Notes under the pieces: model-generated
The model's database searches: none
The model's input: the letters and a program-made list of their open reading frames with translations, nothing else
Told to the model about the DNA's origin: nothing
Virus record (IMG/VR): IMGVR_UViG_3300003323_000950
Span: 11,659 to 75,658 of that record
DNA length: 64,000 nt
Reading direction: 5' to 3' (one strand)
DNA from: a virus
Position numbers and translations under genes: made by a program
Shown: one piece after another, positions 53,781-63,601 of the stretch
Layout: the number at the start of each line of letters is the position of its first letter
How positions within the stretch are numbered: position 1 is the first letter of the stretch

Positions 53781-53849
53781 CCTGCGTTCATCCCAGATAT
53801 CTGGAACGTACTGCGGTGTATGCCTTTACTTTCGGTTCTTGCGGGCCGA

Positions 53850-54323
53850 TCATTTTTTCAGATCAGAGGACCCCGTTGTATAACTCAGCATGTCTTCTTC
53901 GTTGGCGAACTCGTATACATTGAGTATGCAAACATTTTCAACGAATAGCTGATAGTCATCAGGATATGACTGACTATCCCTATATCCTTTTACGACGGAT
54001 TCTATTATAGTCCTATGAGATGGAAATTTGTCAGACTTGAGACCGACAGACATAGTCAGATTCTTTGACTTGAATTTCGGGTTGTTATCACCATCAAGCC
54101 TGTCGGTCTCATACTGAACCTCGGCAGAAACGGTTATAAGGAAATACCGGGCAAAATCCGATGCAGTTGATTCGTCAGTCAGTTTTTTAAGTGCCTCATG
54201 TGCAACTAATTGAACTTCTCTATATACATCATCATAATAACCCTGTGCTTTTGTAATTCTAACAAGAGCGTCACGGCATACGTCTAATGCCTCTTTTACT
54301 TGTTTGATTGTGTATTTAGTCAT
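53850..54323 (-). CDS. Hypothetical protein
   Basis: Likely start MTKYTIKQ. Confidence 0.6.
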   Translation of the reverse strand: MTKYTIKQVKEALDVCRDALVRITKAQGYYDDVYREVQLVAHEALKKLTDESTASDFARYFLITVSAEVQYETDRLDGDNNPKFKSKNLTMSVGLKSDKFPSHRTIIESVVKGYRDSQSYPDDYQLFVENVCILNVYEFANEEDMLSYTTGSSDLKK

Positions 54324-54345
54324 AATTACCAATTTACCTTTTTGC

Positions 54346-54531
54346 CTAATATCCGCTGAATATATAAATGATGGTCTGTTTACAGTTTTCACTGCAAACA
54401 AGGTACTTATATGGCTTTACATAGTATGGCCCTTTGCGCATAGATCCACGGCCATTTGTAAACGTCATCTCTACTATAACCAACATAGGAAATAAGCAGA
54501 ACTCACCACATTGATCGCAGATCATTACCAA
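54346..54531 (-). CDS. Small zinc-ribbon-like protein
   Basis: CDQC...CSENC. Confidence 0.5.
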   Translation of the reverse strand: MVMICDQCGEFCLFPMLVIVEMTFTNGRGSMRKGPYYVKPYKYLVCSENCKQTIIYIFSGY

Positions 54532-56129
54532 TTACGTTTTGTCTTGATCCACTGAATCAGCGCTTCGTACTTGCTTGCCCCGATGCCGATAGTACCCGCG
54601 CCGCGCTTGTTGTTGTCAGATATGAGGTCCTTACCTTCGCCGGATATCTCGTGCTTCAGGCCGGTGTCTGCTATGATCTTATTGGCCATGTGCTCTTCGT
54701 TCGGCAGGAAAATACTTTTACCGTTTTCATCTACCGTTATTGTACCAACTGATATCGGCGTCAGGTCAGGATGCGATATCTTCGTTTCTCTACCGATATC
54801 AACGATCTTACTTATAACCGGATTATTTCCCGCTACAGGTGTGCCGGCGGGCGGCTCGCAATTAGGCGGCGTAACAGGAACGTAGGTTCCGTCGAGAGGT
54901 ATAGTATCATATTTGATCTTAGCTGGGTCTACCTCTTTAACGGTAGAAGTACCGTTTTCGCGAGTCAGATGGTACTGTAACTTGGTCTGTGTGTCTGTAT
55001 ACACATCCAAATATTTTTTACCATCGAATGACATGCTTTCCTGATGCATCGCTGTTATTCTTGATCCGTTCGCCTTATAAACAATCAAGCCGTCGCCGTC
55101 TTCGTCCATAGTAAACCTTACTATTTCGTTTCCATCAGCAGCACCACCGGCCCATTCAGCGCCACCGTCGGCCATAACTACAGCATGCTCGTTTGCCGGG
55201 CGTTCTACAACTGATACTTCTTTGAGGTCAAAAGATCCGTCTGGATTTTGAAAGCCACCTATTGCCGCTCCTAATGGAGCGTCTTCATCTTTTGCATCGA
55301 CGATTGAAGAAATGTGCTTGAACTTGTACTCACCGCTCTCCATCAGCTTGTAATCTTCTTTTGTCTTCTCCAGTTCTTCCTTCATTGCCTGGGCAGTTAC
55401 AGCAGCTTCTTCGGCTGCCAGCTTCGCGCGCTCAGCTTCATCCTTGGCGAGCTCGGCTTCCTTGCGCAAGCGCTCGTTCTCTGCCTGGATATCCGCCTGG
55501 CGCTTCTTCTCTGCGGCTTCCTCCTGTTCTTTGCGCTCCTTTTGCTGGTTATGGTGAATCTGAACCTGCTCCAAGAACTCGTAGAATTCAGCGTCCTCTA
55601 TGGCTGTAAGGCTTTCGAAAGTGATGGCAATCTCGTTCGGCTCGTCTGGCAGGATGGTGTCAATACCCATGTAATAGCGCAGGCCGTCGAACTTCATCCC
55701 GAGATCTACCAAGTGTTTTCCGCGCGCCTGTATGCGGGCGCGCTGCTGCTCTGCCTTTTTGTTCTTCTCGGCATCCACCAGCAGTTTGTAAGCATCCTCC
55801 TCTTTTTCGAGATACTCTTCGATCGGGTCCATCTGGCCGATCAGGGCTTTAGCTTCGTCGGCTATCTGCTTTACCTTCTCTTTGAGCGGCTGCTGCAGTT
55901 CCTTCGCTTTCTTCTCGATGCTAATGCGGGTGTTCTTGATCAGGAGGCGTTTCTCGCGCACGATGGCTGCGGTGTCCTTGTCGTCGATGTCCTTGATCTT
56001 GAGGATCAGAAAATCCTTTTTCCATTCTTCGATCGTCGCGGTCTTGATATCGAAGAGAGCCGGCTTTGTGTCCGCGGCTGCCTGTGCCGGTTGTGATTGT
56101 TGTTCTTCGGTGGTGCTTGGGGTTTCCAT
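54525..56129 (-). CDS. Long coiled-coil protein
   Basis: N-terminal R..IK..R..IEK..KEL..P......I...AK......PIE..L motif common in phage recombination-associated coiled coils; acidic C-half. Confidence 0.75.
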   Translation of the reverse strand: METPSTTEEQQSQPAQAAADTKPALFDIKTATIEEWKKDFLILKIKDIDDKDTAAIVREKRLLIKNTRISIEKKAKELQQPLKEKVKQIADEAKALIGQMDPIEEYLEKEEDAYKLLVDAEKNKKAEQQRARIQARGKHLVDLGMKFDGLRYYMGIDTILPDEPNEIAITFESLTAIEDAEFYEFLEQVQIHHNQQKERKEQEEAAEKKRQADIQAENERLRKEAELAKDEAERAKLAAEEAAVTAQAMKEELEKTKEDYKLMESGEYKFKHISSIVDAKDEDAPLGAAIGGFQNPDGSFDLKEVSVVERPANEHAVVMADGGAEWAGGAADGNEIVRFTMDEDGDGLIVYKANGSRITAMHQESMSFDGKKYLDVYTDTQTKLQYHLTRENGTSTVKEVDPAKIKYDTIPLDGTYVPVTPPNCEPPAGTPVAGNNPVISKIVDIGRETKISHPDLTPISVGTITVDENGKSIFLPNEEHMANKIIADTGLKHEISGEGKDLISDNNKRGAGTIGIGASKYEALIQWIKTKRNW

Positions 56130-56166
56130 TGTGGATATGTGGATAGAATTGTGGATAGATTTTATA

Positions 56167-56230
56167 AATGGGCGTTGAGTGGGCGTAGGAAGAAACTAAT
56201 TTTTAAAGCCTACGCCCTATCATGCCCATT
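56167..56230. other. Long intergenic hairpin upstream of the coiled-coil gene
   Basis: AATGGGC...GGGCGTAGG-19 nt-CCTACGCCC...GCCCATT. Confidence 0.65.
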
Positions 56231-56294
56231 GCGTTTGTGATTGTGTAGGTATTCCGCTTGTCTGGGTGGCGAGCCCCGCCGCGTCTCGGAGCGG

Positions 56295-56555
56295 TTACCG
56301 GCCGACTACCTCCTTCCTAAATTGTTGGTATGCTACGTACAGCATCATCCCGGCCGCGCATACCAATAGTATGCACAACAGGCAGGCGCTGATATAGGGT
56401 ATGGTAAGAATTATTCTGGCTACTGCACTGGTGCCTAATGTATGTAGGCACTGGTAAATAGCCCAACAATTGAATGCGATGACCCCGCTCATCAAGGCCA
56501 TCACAAACAGCAGGAAGAAGAACCGCCGGGGACAGCGGATTTTGAAATATCTCAT
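56295..56555 (-). CDS. Two-TM membrane protein
   Basis: Likely start MRYFKIRC; two hydrophobic helices. Confidence 0.6.
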   Translation of the reverse strand: MRYFKIRCPRRFFFLLFVMALMSGVIAFNCWAIYQCLHTLGTSAVARIILTIPYISACLLCILLVCAAGMMLYVAYQQFRKEVVGR

Positions 56556-56779
56556 GAAACCTTGTTTTTGATTTCCTGCTGAGCCCACAGATCGCTATGG
56601 ATAAATGTGTCGTATTCTTCCGACGTCAGGCGCTCTTCAAGAATAGTAAGAGCGGCAACAAAAGCCATCGTTGCACCTTCTTCTTTAGACGATACCAATG
56701 CGACAGCGTGTTTTTTTAGTTCTTCTGTTGTCTTAGTGTCTAAGGCTGCGAAGATTGGTGCTGTAGTCTCGTTTCTCAT
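56552..56779 (-). CDS. Hypothetical protein, first gene after an operator-promoter
   Basis: 75-aa ORF with the conserved leader. Confidence 0.7.
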   Translation of the reverse strand: MRNETTAPIFAALDTKTTEELKKHAVALVSSKEEGATMAFVAALTILEERLTSEEYDTFIHSDLWAQQEIKNKVS

Positions 56780-56801
56780 TTTGTTTGATTTGATTGATAT
56801 T

Positions 56802-56823
56802 CAAATGTAACACGAAGTTACAA
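56802..56823 (-). promoter_or_regulatory. Promoter TACATTTG overlapped by operator
   Basis: CAAATGTAAC-ACGAA-GTTACAA. Confidence 0.85.
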
Positions 56824-56833
56824 TATAACAAAC

Positions 56834-56867
56834 AAAAAAAGCCGATTCTTTTTATAGAACCGGCTTT
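56834..56867 (-). terminator. Terminator
   Basis: AAAGCCGGTTCT...AGAATCGGC plus T7. Confidence 0.8.
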
Positions 56868-57043
56868 ACCAACAGAAAAGTAGCCTTGTAGATCTTAAAC
56901 CGATGCTAATATATGAATATTTTCACCAGGATATAAAGCGTTGCGATTGCGGTGCCGTAGAAAATGAAAAATCCGAGTATTTTGATCCGGCGGCGAGTAC
57001 TCGTGTTCTCCAGGGAACGCCGCCGGTATACGACACGCATCTA

Positions 57044-57652
57044 TTATTCCTCGTTAGGATCGAATACGGCTTCCATCTCAGGTTCTCCGTCTTTTTGTAC
57101 GGACATGGTTACGTTCTCGCCGTCTTCGTATGGGATCGTCAACTGCGCCTTCTCTTCGCGCTTGCCGCCTTCGTATAGCTCAGCCTCGGTAATGATTGCC
57201 TTGCAAAGCTTATCGAGTTGCTCGCAGTCGGCGTATTTGTCCGGATCGGATAAAGAAAGCTTACGCGTTACCAGGGTGCCGCGCTCGCCGTTGTCGCTTT
57301 CCTTCTGCGCGCTGATCTTAACCTTCGAAGTTTCGTCTTTGTCCATACCGGACAAACTGATACCGAGTACATGGTATTTGTCGAAGTTGGAGAACTCGCC
57401 TTTGAAGCCGAAAGCATCGATAACGATTTTGCGGAGCATCTTCATAGCGTTTATGAAGTCAGCGTGCGGAGGGAAGTTCCACTTTACGCCGGCTTCGGTC
57501 TTGATGAACTTCTCTTCGCTCACCAGGTCTCCGCTGGGCGTTCGCTCTGTGTAGATATAGGTCGTCTGCGACGAAATAACTACCTCCTTTTTGAGGACTT
57601 TAACCCCGGTTATCTGCCGGAATTTGTTTGCTGTGATCTCGTTTTTACTCAT
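57044..57652 (-). CDS. Hypothetical protein
   Basis: 202 aa; PHADF, LYEGGK; acidic tail. Confidence 0.75.
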   Translation of the reverse strand: MSKNEITANKFRQITGVKVLKKEVVISSQTTYIYTERTPSGDLVSEEKFIKTEAGVKWNFPPHADFINAMKMLRKIVIDAFGFKGEFSNFDKYHVLGISLSGMDKDETSKVKISAQKESDNGERGTLVTRKLSLSDPDKYADCEQLDKLCKAIITEAELYEGGKREEKAQLTIPYEDGENVTMSVQKDGEPEMEAVFDPNEE

Positions 57653-57670
57653 AGAAAATGAAAGTTTGAT

Positions 57671-58102
57671 TTAAAATAATGAAGTCTGATTTGGGTCTGT
57701 TGCTGGCTTCAAGTTAAGATAAAATTTCAGGGGATCGTAATTCGAAGTGAACTCGAGCTCGTCAATCAATTCGTACTTACTCAGGAAGCGGGCGAGGAGG
57801 TTGTTTTTACCATCGCGCCAGTAGAAGCGGCGCAGGCCGCAGCGGCTATTGTGGCAGCGGTATATGCGCGGGGTAATAATCGGCAGGTAGTCGCACCAGG
57901 CGCGCTGCGATGGCGCGTAAAGATAGCCGCGGGCAAATGAATCCAGCCCGCAGGCTGGGCACGTCCAGCGCAGCGGCTCCGGGTCGCGCTTCATTTGCCG
58001 GTCCGTGCGATCGGTTACCGTCTCAGTTTCACGTGAAACAGTAAGAAATTCGATTTGGTTGTTGTCCCCGAAATTGAGGCGTTTTCCTTCGATCTGATTC
58101 AT
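57671..58102 (-). CDS. Zinc-ribbon hypothetical protein
   Basis: CPACG...CHNSRCG; coupled to the terminase stop. Confidence 0.65.
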   Translation of the reverse strand: MNQIEGKRLNFGDNNQIEFLTVSRETETVTDRTDRQMKRDPEPLRWTCPACGLDSFARGYLYAPSQRAWCDYLPIITPRIYRCHNSRCGLRRFYWRDGKNNLLARFLSKYELIDELEFTSNYDPLKFYLNLKPATDPNQTSLF

Positions 58103-59799
58103 TATATGAAAGGCATAGTGATTGAACTGTAGTATCTCGAGCGGTTCTTACGGCGCCAATTCCAGTATACCACTACGTCCGCTAAGTTTGGAGACTCGCC
58201 GCCCATGCGCTTTTTGATGTCTTCCTTCTTTTCAAGCACGATTTGCGTGTTGCTTACGACGTACCGGGGCATAGTCAACTGCTTAGCGAGCTTTCGGAAT
58301 AGCTGTGAGTCGGTGATAGAAAAGAATATCTCCCTGTTTATCAGGTCAAGGCGCATCTGCCAATACATCTGCGCGCGTAGGCTGGCGAAGCTGTAAAGCA
58401 ATTTGCCCTCTTCGTCCAGCGGTATGCAATTTTCATCTTGGAAGCCTGCCAGGGCGGCAACCTTAAATTCAAGCTCCTCGAAGCGCTGCACGGTGGCCGT
58501 GCCAATGCCGACGGCATCGACCCCTACAGAGTCACCATTCAGCACGCCGAGCTCCTGCATAGTGGGTATGTTATAGACCGGGCGCTTCTCTTTCTCAAGC
58601 GTGAATACGTCTTTGGTCAGGTTGTCGGCTATCGCTGACGCGTTGGGGCATTGGAACTCCTTCAGGTAGGTCATCTCGTTCTTTACGCCGGCGGCTATCG
58701 CTGCAGCATCGCCGACGATTGAGTTCGCCACGTCCACACCAAGCGCGTTGCGGCTGATGTTGTCGTGAAGTATGCGGCCTTTCTTCAGGTAGCTTTCGTC
58801 CATAATCCAGCAGCCCATAATCCATTCCATCTTGATCAGGGAGTCTGAAGATTCCATCGGCGCGATACCGCGCACGCGGGATCGGAAGAAGTTTGATTCG
58901 TCGCCGTACTCGTCCCGGCGGATGTTTATAGACTTCTGAGACACTGCGCCATGGATAAGCGTGCGGCCGCAAACAATGTTTGGGTGATCGTACCCGCTTA
59001 TCCGGATGTGCTCAACGTGCTTTTGCTCGCAGAATTGGTGCAGGGCATCGGTTACGGAGTCGGGGTTACCGATCGCGATCACCGGGTTATAGTCGCCTGT
59101 CACGGTGTTCTTGATCGCGTTCATGACGGCGTGCGGTACGCCGGCGGCTTCCTCCACTACGAAAAGCATGTACTTGCGGTGGAAGCCCTGCATTTTTGTG
59201 GCTGATTCCTCGCCCGCCTTCACGCCCGCCACGACGCCTATCGCCTGGTGTAGGTTGGAATACTCGTCATCGTCCTCGAATGATGGATTGTTCATGTGCG
59301 TGCCGAAGCTCACCTTGCTGCCGTCGGGCACTATGCGCAGGTTGAACATCTCCGCGGCCGGGCGGATCTTCCGGAAGCGGCCGAAGCAGGATGATATTTC
59401 GCCCCACAGCAGCGTCTTCAGCTGCTGCTCTTTGGGTGCTGTGGTTACCACCAGGGAGTCAGGGAAGACATCCAGGAACCAATACACGATGCGGGCAACG
59501 ATGAAGGTTTTGCCTGTACCAGTGGCCGACTCGATACCGACTGATCTAAACTCTGAAAGCGCCTGCATGGCGCGAAGGAATGGATCGGGCGTGGCGTCCC
59601 ATATATGGTTCGCATATTCGGGCCACTGGCTCCAGCGTATGTCCGACACGCGACCGCCGAAGCGCTCTACATACCAGCGTTCGGGGTCGCCCTGGTATAT
59701 TACATTAAGTCTTTCGAATTCCTGCTGAGCGCGCCGGGCGGCTGCGCGCTCGTTGAGTTTTTTAAGTGCCGCACGGGATTTTAACCTGGCTTCGCTCAT
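58102..59799 (-). CDS. terL: Terminase large subunit
   Basis: Walker A SATGTGKT, TAP...Q....LW.EI, Walker B VVEEA, IGNP, nuclease LGVDVA, VDAVGIG, SPNLAD. Confidence 0.93.
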   Translation of the reverse strand: MSEARLKSRAALKKLNERAAARRAQQEFERLNVIYQGDPERWYVERFGGRVSDIRWSQWPEYANHIWDATPDPFLRAMQALSEFRSVGIESATGTGKTFIVARIVYWFLDVFPDSLVVTTAPKEQQLKTLLWGEISSCFGRFRKIRPAAEMFNLRIVPDGSKVSFGTHMNNPSFEDDDEYSNLHQAIGVVAGVKAGEESATKMQGFHRKYMLFVVEEAAGVPHAVMNAIKNTVTGDYNPVIAIGNPDSVTDALHQFCEQKHVEHIRISGYDHPNIVCGRTLIHGAVSQKSINIRRDEYGDESNFFRSRVRGIAPMESSDSLIKMEWIMGCWIMDESYLKKGRILHDNISRNALGVDVANSIVGDAAAIAAGVKNEMTYLKEFQCPNASAIADNLTKDVFTLEKEKRPVYNIPTMQELGVLNGDSVGVDAVGIGTATVQRFEELEFKVAALAGFQDENCIPLDEEGKLLYSFASLRAQMYWQMRLDLINREIFFSITDSQLFRKLAKQLTMPRYVVSNTQIVLEKKEDIKKRMGGESPNLADVVVYWNWRRKNRSRYYSSITMPFI

Positions 59800-60413
59800 C
59801 CCACTCGCTCAAATTTTATCGAAGTAGGTTGTGACAAAGACCCATCTCCAGTTCTTTTTAGCATGTAAAGTGGCCTGTAGGCGCCTTCTGAAACTTGCTC
59901 AATGAATCGCGTACGGAATGTTTTTATATGAACCTCCACATGAGGTGATCCGTTAAATTTCAATTCTTCACTGACAATCTTATATTTCAAAGAAGTCAAA
60001 ATATTTCTGTCAAGCTTCCAAAACATGTCAGAATGATAGTATTCAACGGTCATTTGAATCCTGATGATATCGTTCAAATACGATGTATCGGGGATTTGCG
60101 CTAATGGGTCAGCTGATATTACATCCATGGAATTTTCTTCTGTATGATCTTTCTGGTATGCTCCAGGTCCATGTATATTGTTGTAAGTATCAATATATTT
60201 CTCCGGCGTGCTCTTGCTGTCTTGGTCAAATTTATCACGCCTTTCTTTCTTCGCTATCTGATGTACCGGCGGCGGGTTTCGGTTTTTAGGTATACAATCA
60301 GCCAGTTTCTTTTTAGGTTTTACTTGGACCGAAGCGGCGTATCCAAACAAAAAACCAACTCCGAATGCAAACATACATCCGATTAAATACAACAATTCGT
60401 TAGATACAGTCAT
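59796..60413 (-). CDS. Membrane-anchored hypothetical protein
   Basis: N-terminal TM; overlaps the terL start. Confidence 0.65.
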   Translation of the reverse strand: MTVSNELLYLIGCMFAFGVGFLFGYAASVQVKPKKKLADCIPKNRNPPPVHQIAKKERRDKFDQDSKSTPEKYIDTYNNIHGPGAYQKDHTEENSMDVISADPLAQIPDTSYLNDIIRIQMTVEYYHSDMFWKLDRNILTSLKYKIVSEELKFNGSPHVEVHIKTFRTRFIEQVSEGAYRPLYMLKRTGDGSLSQPTSIKFERVG

Positions 60414-60422
60414 GATTACCTT

Positions 60423-60773
60423 TTAAAAGGTCGGGTTAAAGAAATCCATTTCCTGTTCTACCTCCTCGTCCGTCATATTGGATATGCGGTCGAGTTCGGC
60501 GGCCAGCATGGCGCCTGCAATCTTGATGCGCTCGCGGTAAGGCTTGGCAAGTACCTTGTTTATGAATTCGTCGCTTTGATCTCCTGGAAACGACTGCGGC
60601 TCCGATCCGATTATGGCATAAGCGCAGCCTGCGAGCTGGCGTAAGCTGTTAACTTGTCGGTCATATTCAACCGATTTCCCGTGTTTATATAATTGCTCAT
60701 TCCGTTCATTAGCAATAAGTACTATGCCACTGTGAGCAGGCACCTCAATTATTACTGTATTTTCCTTTTCCAT
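60423..60773 (-). CDS. Conserved phage helical protein (IA.ER..Q...D...LA...IAGA.LAAE.DR family)
   Basis: LIANERNEQ..KHG...EYD and RIKIAGAMLAAELDRI. Confidence 0.7.
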   Translation of the reverse strand: MEKENTVIIEVPAHSGIVLIANERNEQLYKHGKSVEYDRQVNSLRQLAGCAYAIIGSEPQSFPGDQSDEFINKVLAKPYRERIKIAGAMLAAELDRISNMTDEEVEQEMDFFNPTF

Positions 60774-60953
60774 GACTTTGAAAGTTTTGATTGACGAATA
60801 GGTCTGAACTGCCCCCGGCAGAACTTAACTGCGCAGAGGAACATGAATAGCCAGAGTAGGATTAGTAGCAGGGTAGACATATGAATTTTAATTCGAATAC
60901 TTTTCGATAAAATCGAGTAGTCCTAATTTCTTGAACGTATTATTTAGTAGTCT

Positions 60954-61283
60954 TTAGCTCCTTTTTCTCTCGTGCCATGTCTCGAACCACTGAAGTCCTG
61001 GTGTGTGGTGAATGGGCTTTAATAATCTCTTTTCTTTAAGAGAAGACATTACTTCAGTATGGCGAGGCCGATTGAAAAAGTATATGTATATATAGTAACT
61101 GTAGAATAATACAATTACAGGCACTGTCACCACTATAAGATACCCTATTTCGTATCCGACAATGACGGCAGGTATTCGCCACAAAAGACCGAGTAACGTG
61201 AAATTGCTGACGCCGTATATGTTCGCGGCTATCATGACAACCGCGATACATATTTCGATGGTAACTCCGAATTTTTGCTTCAT
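60954..61283 (-). CDS. Membrane protein
   Basis: Hydrophobic N-terminal two thirds. Confidence 0.6.
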   Translation of the reverse strand: MKQKFGVTIEICIAVVMIAANIYGVSNFTLLGLLWRIPAVIVGYEIGYLIVVTVPVIVLFYSYYIYIYFFNRPRHTEVMSSLKEKRLLKPIHHTPGLQWFETWHERKRS

Positions 61284-61286
61284 GGC

Positions 61287-61814
61287 TTATTTCTGAAAGG
61301 CTTTAACGGTCATCTCGATACCCTGGCGCAGGCCGTCCATAAACAACTCCTGAGAAACGTTCTTAGCAGCTACAAGGCGCTCGCCGAGCACTACATTTTC
61401 CTGTTGCAGAGTATGTATTTGCATGTCTTTGGCTGCAACTGATCCTTTGAGGCCGGCGTTACTCATCTCGCTGTTTTCCAAAGCACGCTTAAAGTCAATT
61501 TCATTTACAGAGTTTTTATTGATTTCTTGGCTAAGCTGCTCGATTGTGTTGTCCTTTTCTAGGCAAGCGTTGCTGAGGTCTACAATCTTTTGTTCAGCAA
61601 TGGTACGCTCTGAAATTACAGAATTATACTGCGGAAGTAGTTCTTCATACAGAACCTTAAATGTTCTCTGTTCTTTTTCAATCGTCTTTAATTGCTCCTT
61701 TAGCCTGCTGATCTCGCAGTGCATTTGATACGGTGTTTTGTCAGTCGTGAAGTTTGTAGCCTCTGAAGTAAGGTCTGTTTGTGCTTCGGCTGATTGGGGA
61801 ATGTTGTTTGACAT
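61287..61814 (-). CDS. Coiled-coil protein
   Basis: Heptad pattern through most of its length. Confidence 0.7.
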   Translation of the reverse strand: MSNNIPQSAEAQTDLTSEATNFTTDKTPYQMHCEISRLKEQLKTIEKEQRTFKVLYEELLPQYNSVISERTIAEQKIVDLSNACLEKDNTIEQLSQEINKNSVNEIDFKRALENSEMSNAGLKGSVAAKDMQIHTLQQENVVLGERLVAAKNVSQELFMDGLRQGIEMTVKAFQK

Positions 61815-61835
61815 AAAGGTTAAAAGTTTGATTGA

Positions 61836-62066
61836 TTATTTGTTTTTGTTTCGCGCACGGCGCTGTTTGCGTCGGCGATTTTTAGTGTCTTCATTGTACT
61901 GTATCTGGCCACCTTTAAGCATAATAGATCTCATGGATATTATAACCGGCTCAAGAGGCATAAACCACTCCGGATCGCCAATATCGCGCTTAAAGTTTTG
62001 GATTGACTCAGCACTTTCCCGCATTACGCGGTCAAATTCTTTATTCAGTTCTGCAGTACTGGGCAT
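61836..62066 (-). CDS. Hypothetical protein with basic tail
   Basis: 76-aa ORF in operon. Confidence 0.55.
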   Translation of the reverse strand: MPSTAELNKEFDRVMRESAESIQNFKRDIGDPEWFMPLEPVIISMRSIMLKGGQIQYNEDTKNRRRKQRRARNKNK

Positions 62067-62305
62067 TGCTCTTCGAGTTTTTCAAATTTCATCGGGATGT
62101 CTACGAGAGGGCGGAATAGCCGCGGTGTTAGCCAATCATGGCTTTTAAAATCACCTCTCTCTACGCCTATGTACCAGAACGGCCCGAGGCCATTGGCTGG
62201 ATTGATTCGTTCCTCGTAACTATAAACGCGATAGATCAAGCCGTTTTTGATACACGATTTCGGGTGCGCGTCAACCGCTATACATAATCCGCCGACCTTG
62301 AACAT
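62045..62305 (-). CDS. Hypothetical protein
   Basis: MFKVG..C...FRPL small beta-barrel pattern. Confidence 0.6.
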   Translation of the reverse strand: MFKVGGLCIAVDAHPKSCIKNGLIYRVYSYEERINPANGLGPFWYIGVERGDFKSHDWLTPRLFRPLVDIPMKFEKLEEQCPVLQN

Positions 62306-62307
62306 AG

Positions 62308-62628
62308 CTACTCCTCTTTTTTCTTGTTTCGATCCATAGCCTTCTGGAGCATTTCTCGCGTGACAGGCGTGTAACCGATCTCGAACGGCGGGAAGGTTGT
62401 CGGAAGAACCGGCACCGGCGAGTGCATCATGGTGATGTAGATCGATCGGTCCTTGATGATCTGCTGAATGTCGTTGTCATCGAGCTCCCATTTCGACACG
62501 TATGATACAACACCTGGCAAGTGGTCGGCCAGGCAGAGGCAGGCTGGCATATCCATTGTGTTGGGGTTGCCGTTGGCGGTGAGGTTAAAGTTCTGAGCTT
62601 CTTGCTCGGGAAATTTTACCGGGTTCAT
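62308..62628 (-). CDS. Conserved phage hypothetical protein
   Basis: Start reassigned to MNPVKFPE (ATG 62628); SKWEL...PVLP. Confidence 0.7.
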   Translation of the reverse strand: MNPVKFPEQEAQNFNLTANGNPNTMDMPACLCLADHLPGVVSYVSKWELDDNDIQQIIKDRSIYITMMHSPVPVLPTTFPPFEIGYTPVTREMLQKAMDRNKKKEE

Positions 62629-62918
62629 GGTTGTTGGTTTAATAATTTGATAAACTCTACGACGCGGGTGTGAAGCTCTCGAAGCTCTACGGTTACTGTA
62701 CAACCTGTTATCCAATGAACTTCTACTGGATATTGTGGACGGTAGCTGCCGATCTTCGTAACGACCGGCATCATCCAATCCCAAGAACTGTGATACTTCA
62801 AATCCCACCCGGATCTGTTTTCGCTGGTAGGATCGGGCCAGCGGGTGCCGTATCGGCTGTCCTCGTAGGATTTCAACCCCATGAACTCGGCGATCAATTC
62901 GTTGTCTGTCTTTTGCAT
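62625..62918 (-). CDS. Conserved phage protein (N.LIAEFMG...YH.SWDW.MPVV.KI family)
   Basis: Motif recognisable in the translation. Confidence 0.75.
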   Translation of the reverse strand: MQKTDNELIAEFMGLKSYEDSRYGTRWPDPTSENRSGWDLKYHSSWDWMMPVVTKIGSYRPQYPVEVHWITGCTVTVELRELHTRVVEFIKLLNQQP

Positions 62919-62923
62919 AACAC

Positions 62924-63601
62924 TTAATCTCTGAAACGATCCTCAGCAGACTGCTCATTCAGCGGATCGAGAAGAGGGTTGTCTTCTTCAGCCTCGGCCA
63001 AGTTCGAGGCGATATGTTCTGCTTCGGATTTAACCATGCCGTTCAAGGCTTCACCGGCCATAGTTCCAAGGTCGGACATCATCTCGTCCTGAAACCTTTG
63101 TTCATTCTCCGCGTCAACTTTCAATTGCGGGGGATTGCCGATTTTAAATTCGCTAACCGGTGTCTGGCTGGCAATAATATCTTCCTTCACATGGTCCGGC
63201 ATCTCGGGGTCAATTTCATCTACCGTGGCATCTACCGCCAAATTACGCTTGATCAGCGCGAATACATCGAAGCCCATCTCGAACAGGTAAAGAATGGTGT
63301 CTTCGTTGCCGTATTGAGCGATATATGTATATAGATTCCAATGTGATTGGCTAATTGAATCAATGATTTCTTTACAGAAGTCATCAGTAAAATGTACCTG
63401 GTTGAACGCCTGCCGAAAGTCTCCCGGCGTCATACTGGACAGCGGACGTAATATCAGTTGTGGCTTGTCGTCTTTTTCGTCAGTATAGTCGTGGATCAAA
63501 TGGAGAGTCTTAACGTTGACTTCCGCTTGAGAATTATTTGTAATGAACGGCACTCTGCCGTTTACGTAGCAGTGTACGTAATCAAAAAACGATTTTTTCA
63601 T
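62924..63601 (-). CDS. Hypothetical protein with acidic tail
   Basis: LILRPLSSMT, GFDVFALI...LAVD. Confidence 0.7.
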   Translation of the reverse strand: MKKSFFDYVHCYVNGRVPFITNNSQAEVNVKTLHLIHDYTDEKDDKPQLILRPLSSMTPGDFRQAFNQVHFTDDFCKEIIDSISQSHWNLYTYIAQYGNEDTILYLFEMGFDVFALIKRNLAVDATVDEIDPEMPDHVKEDIIASQTPVSEFKIGNPPQLKVDAENEQRFQDEMMSDLGTMAGEALNGMVKSEAEHIASNLAEAEEDNPLLDPLNEQSAEDRFRD

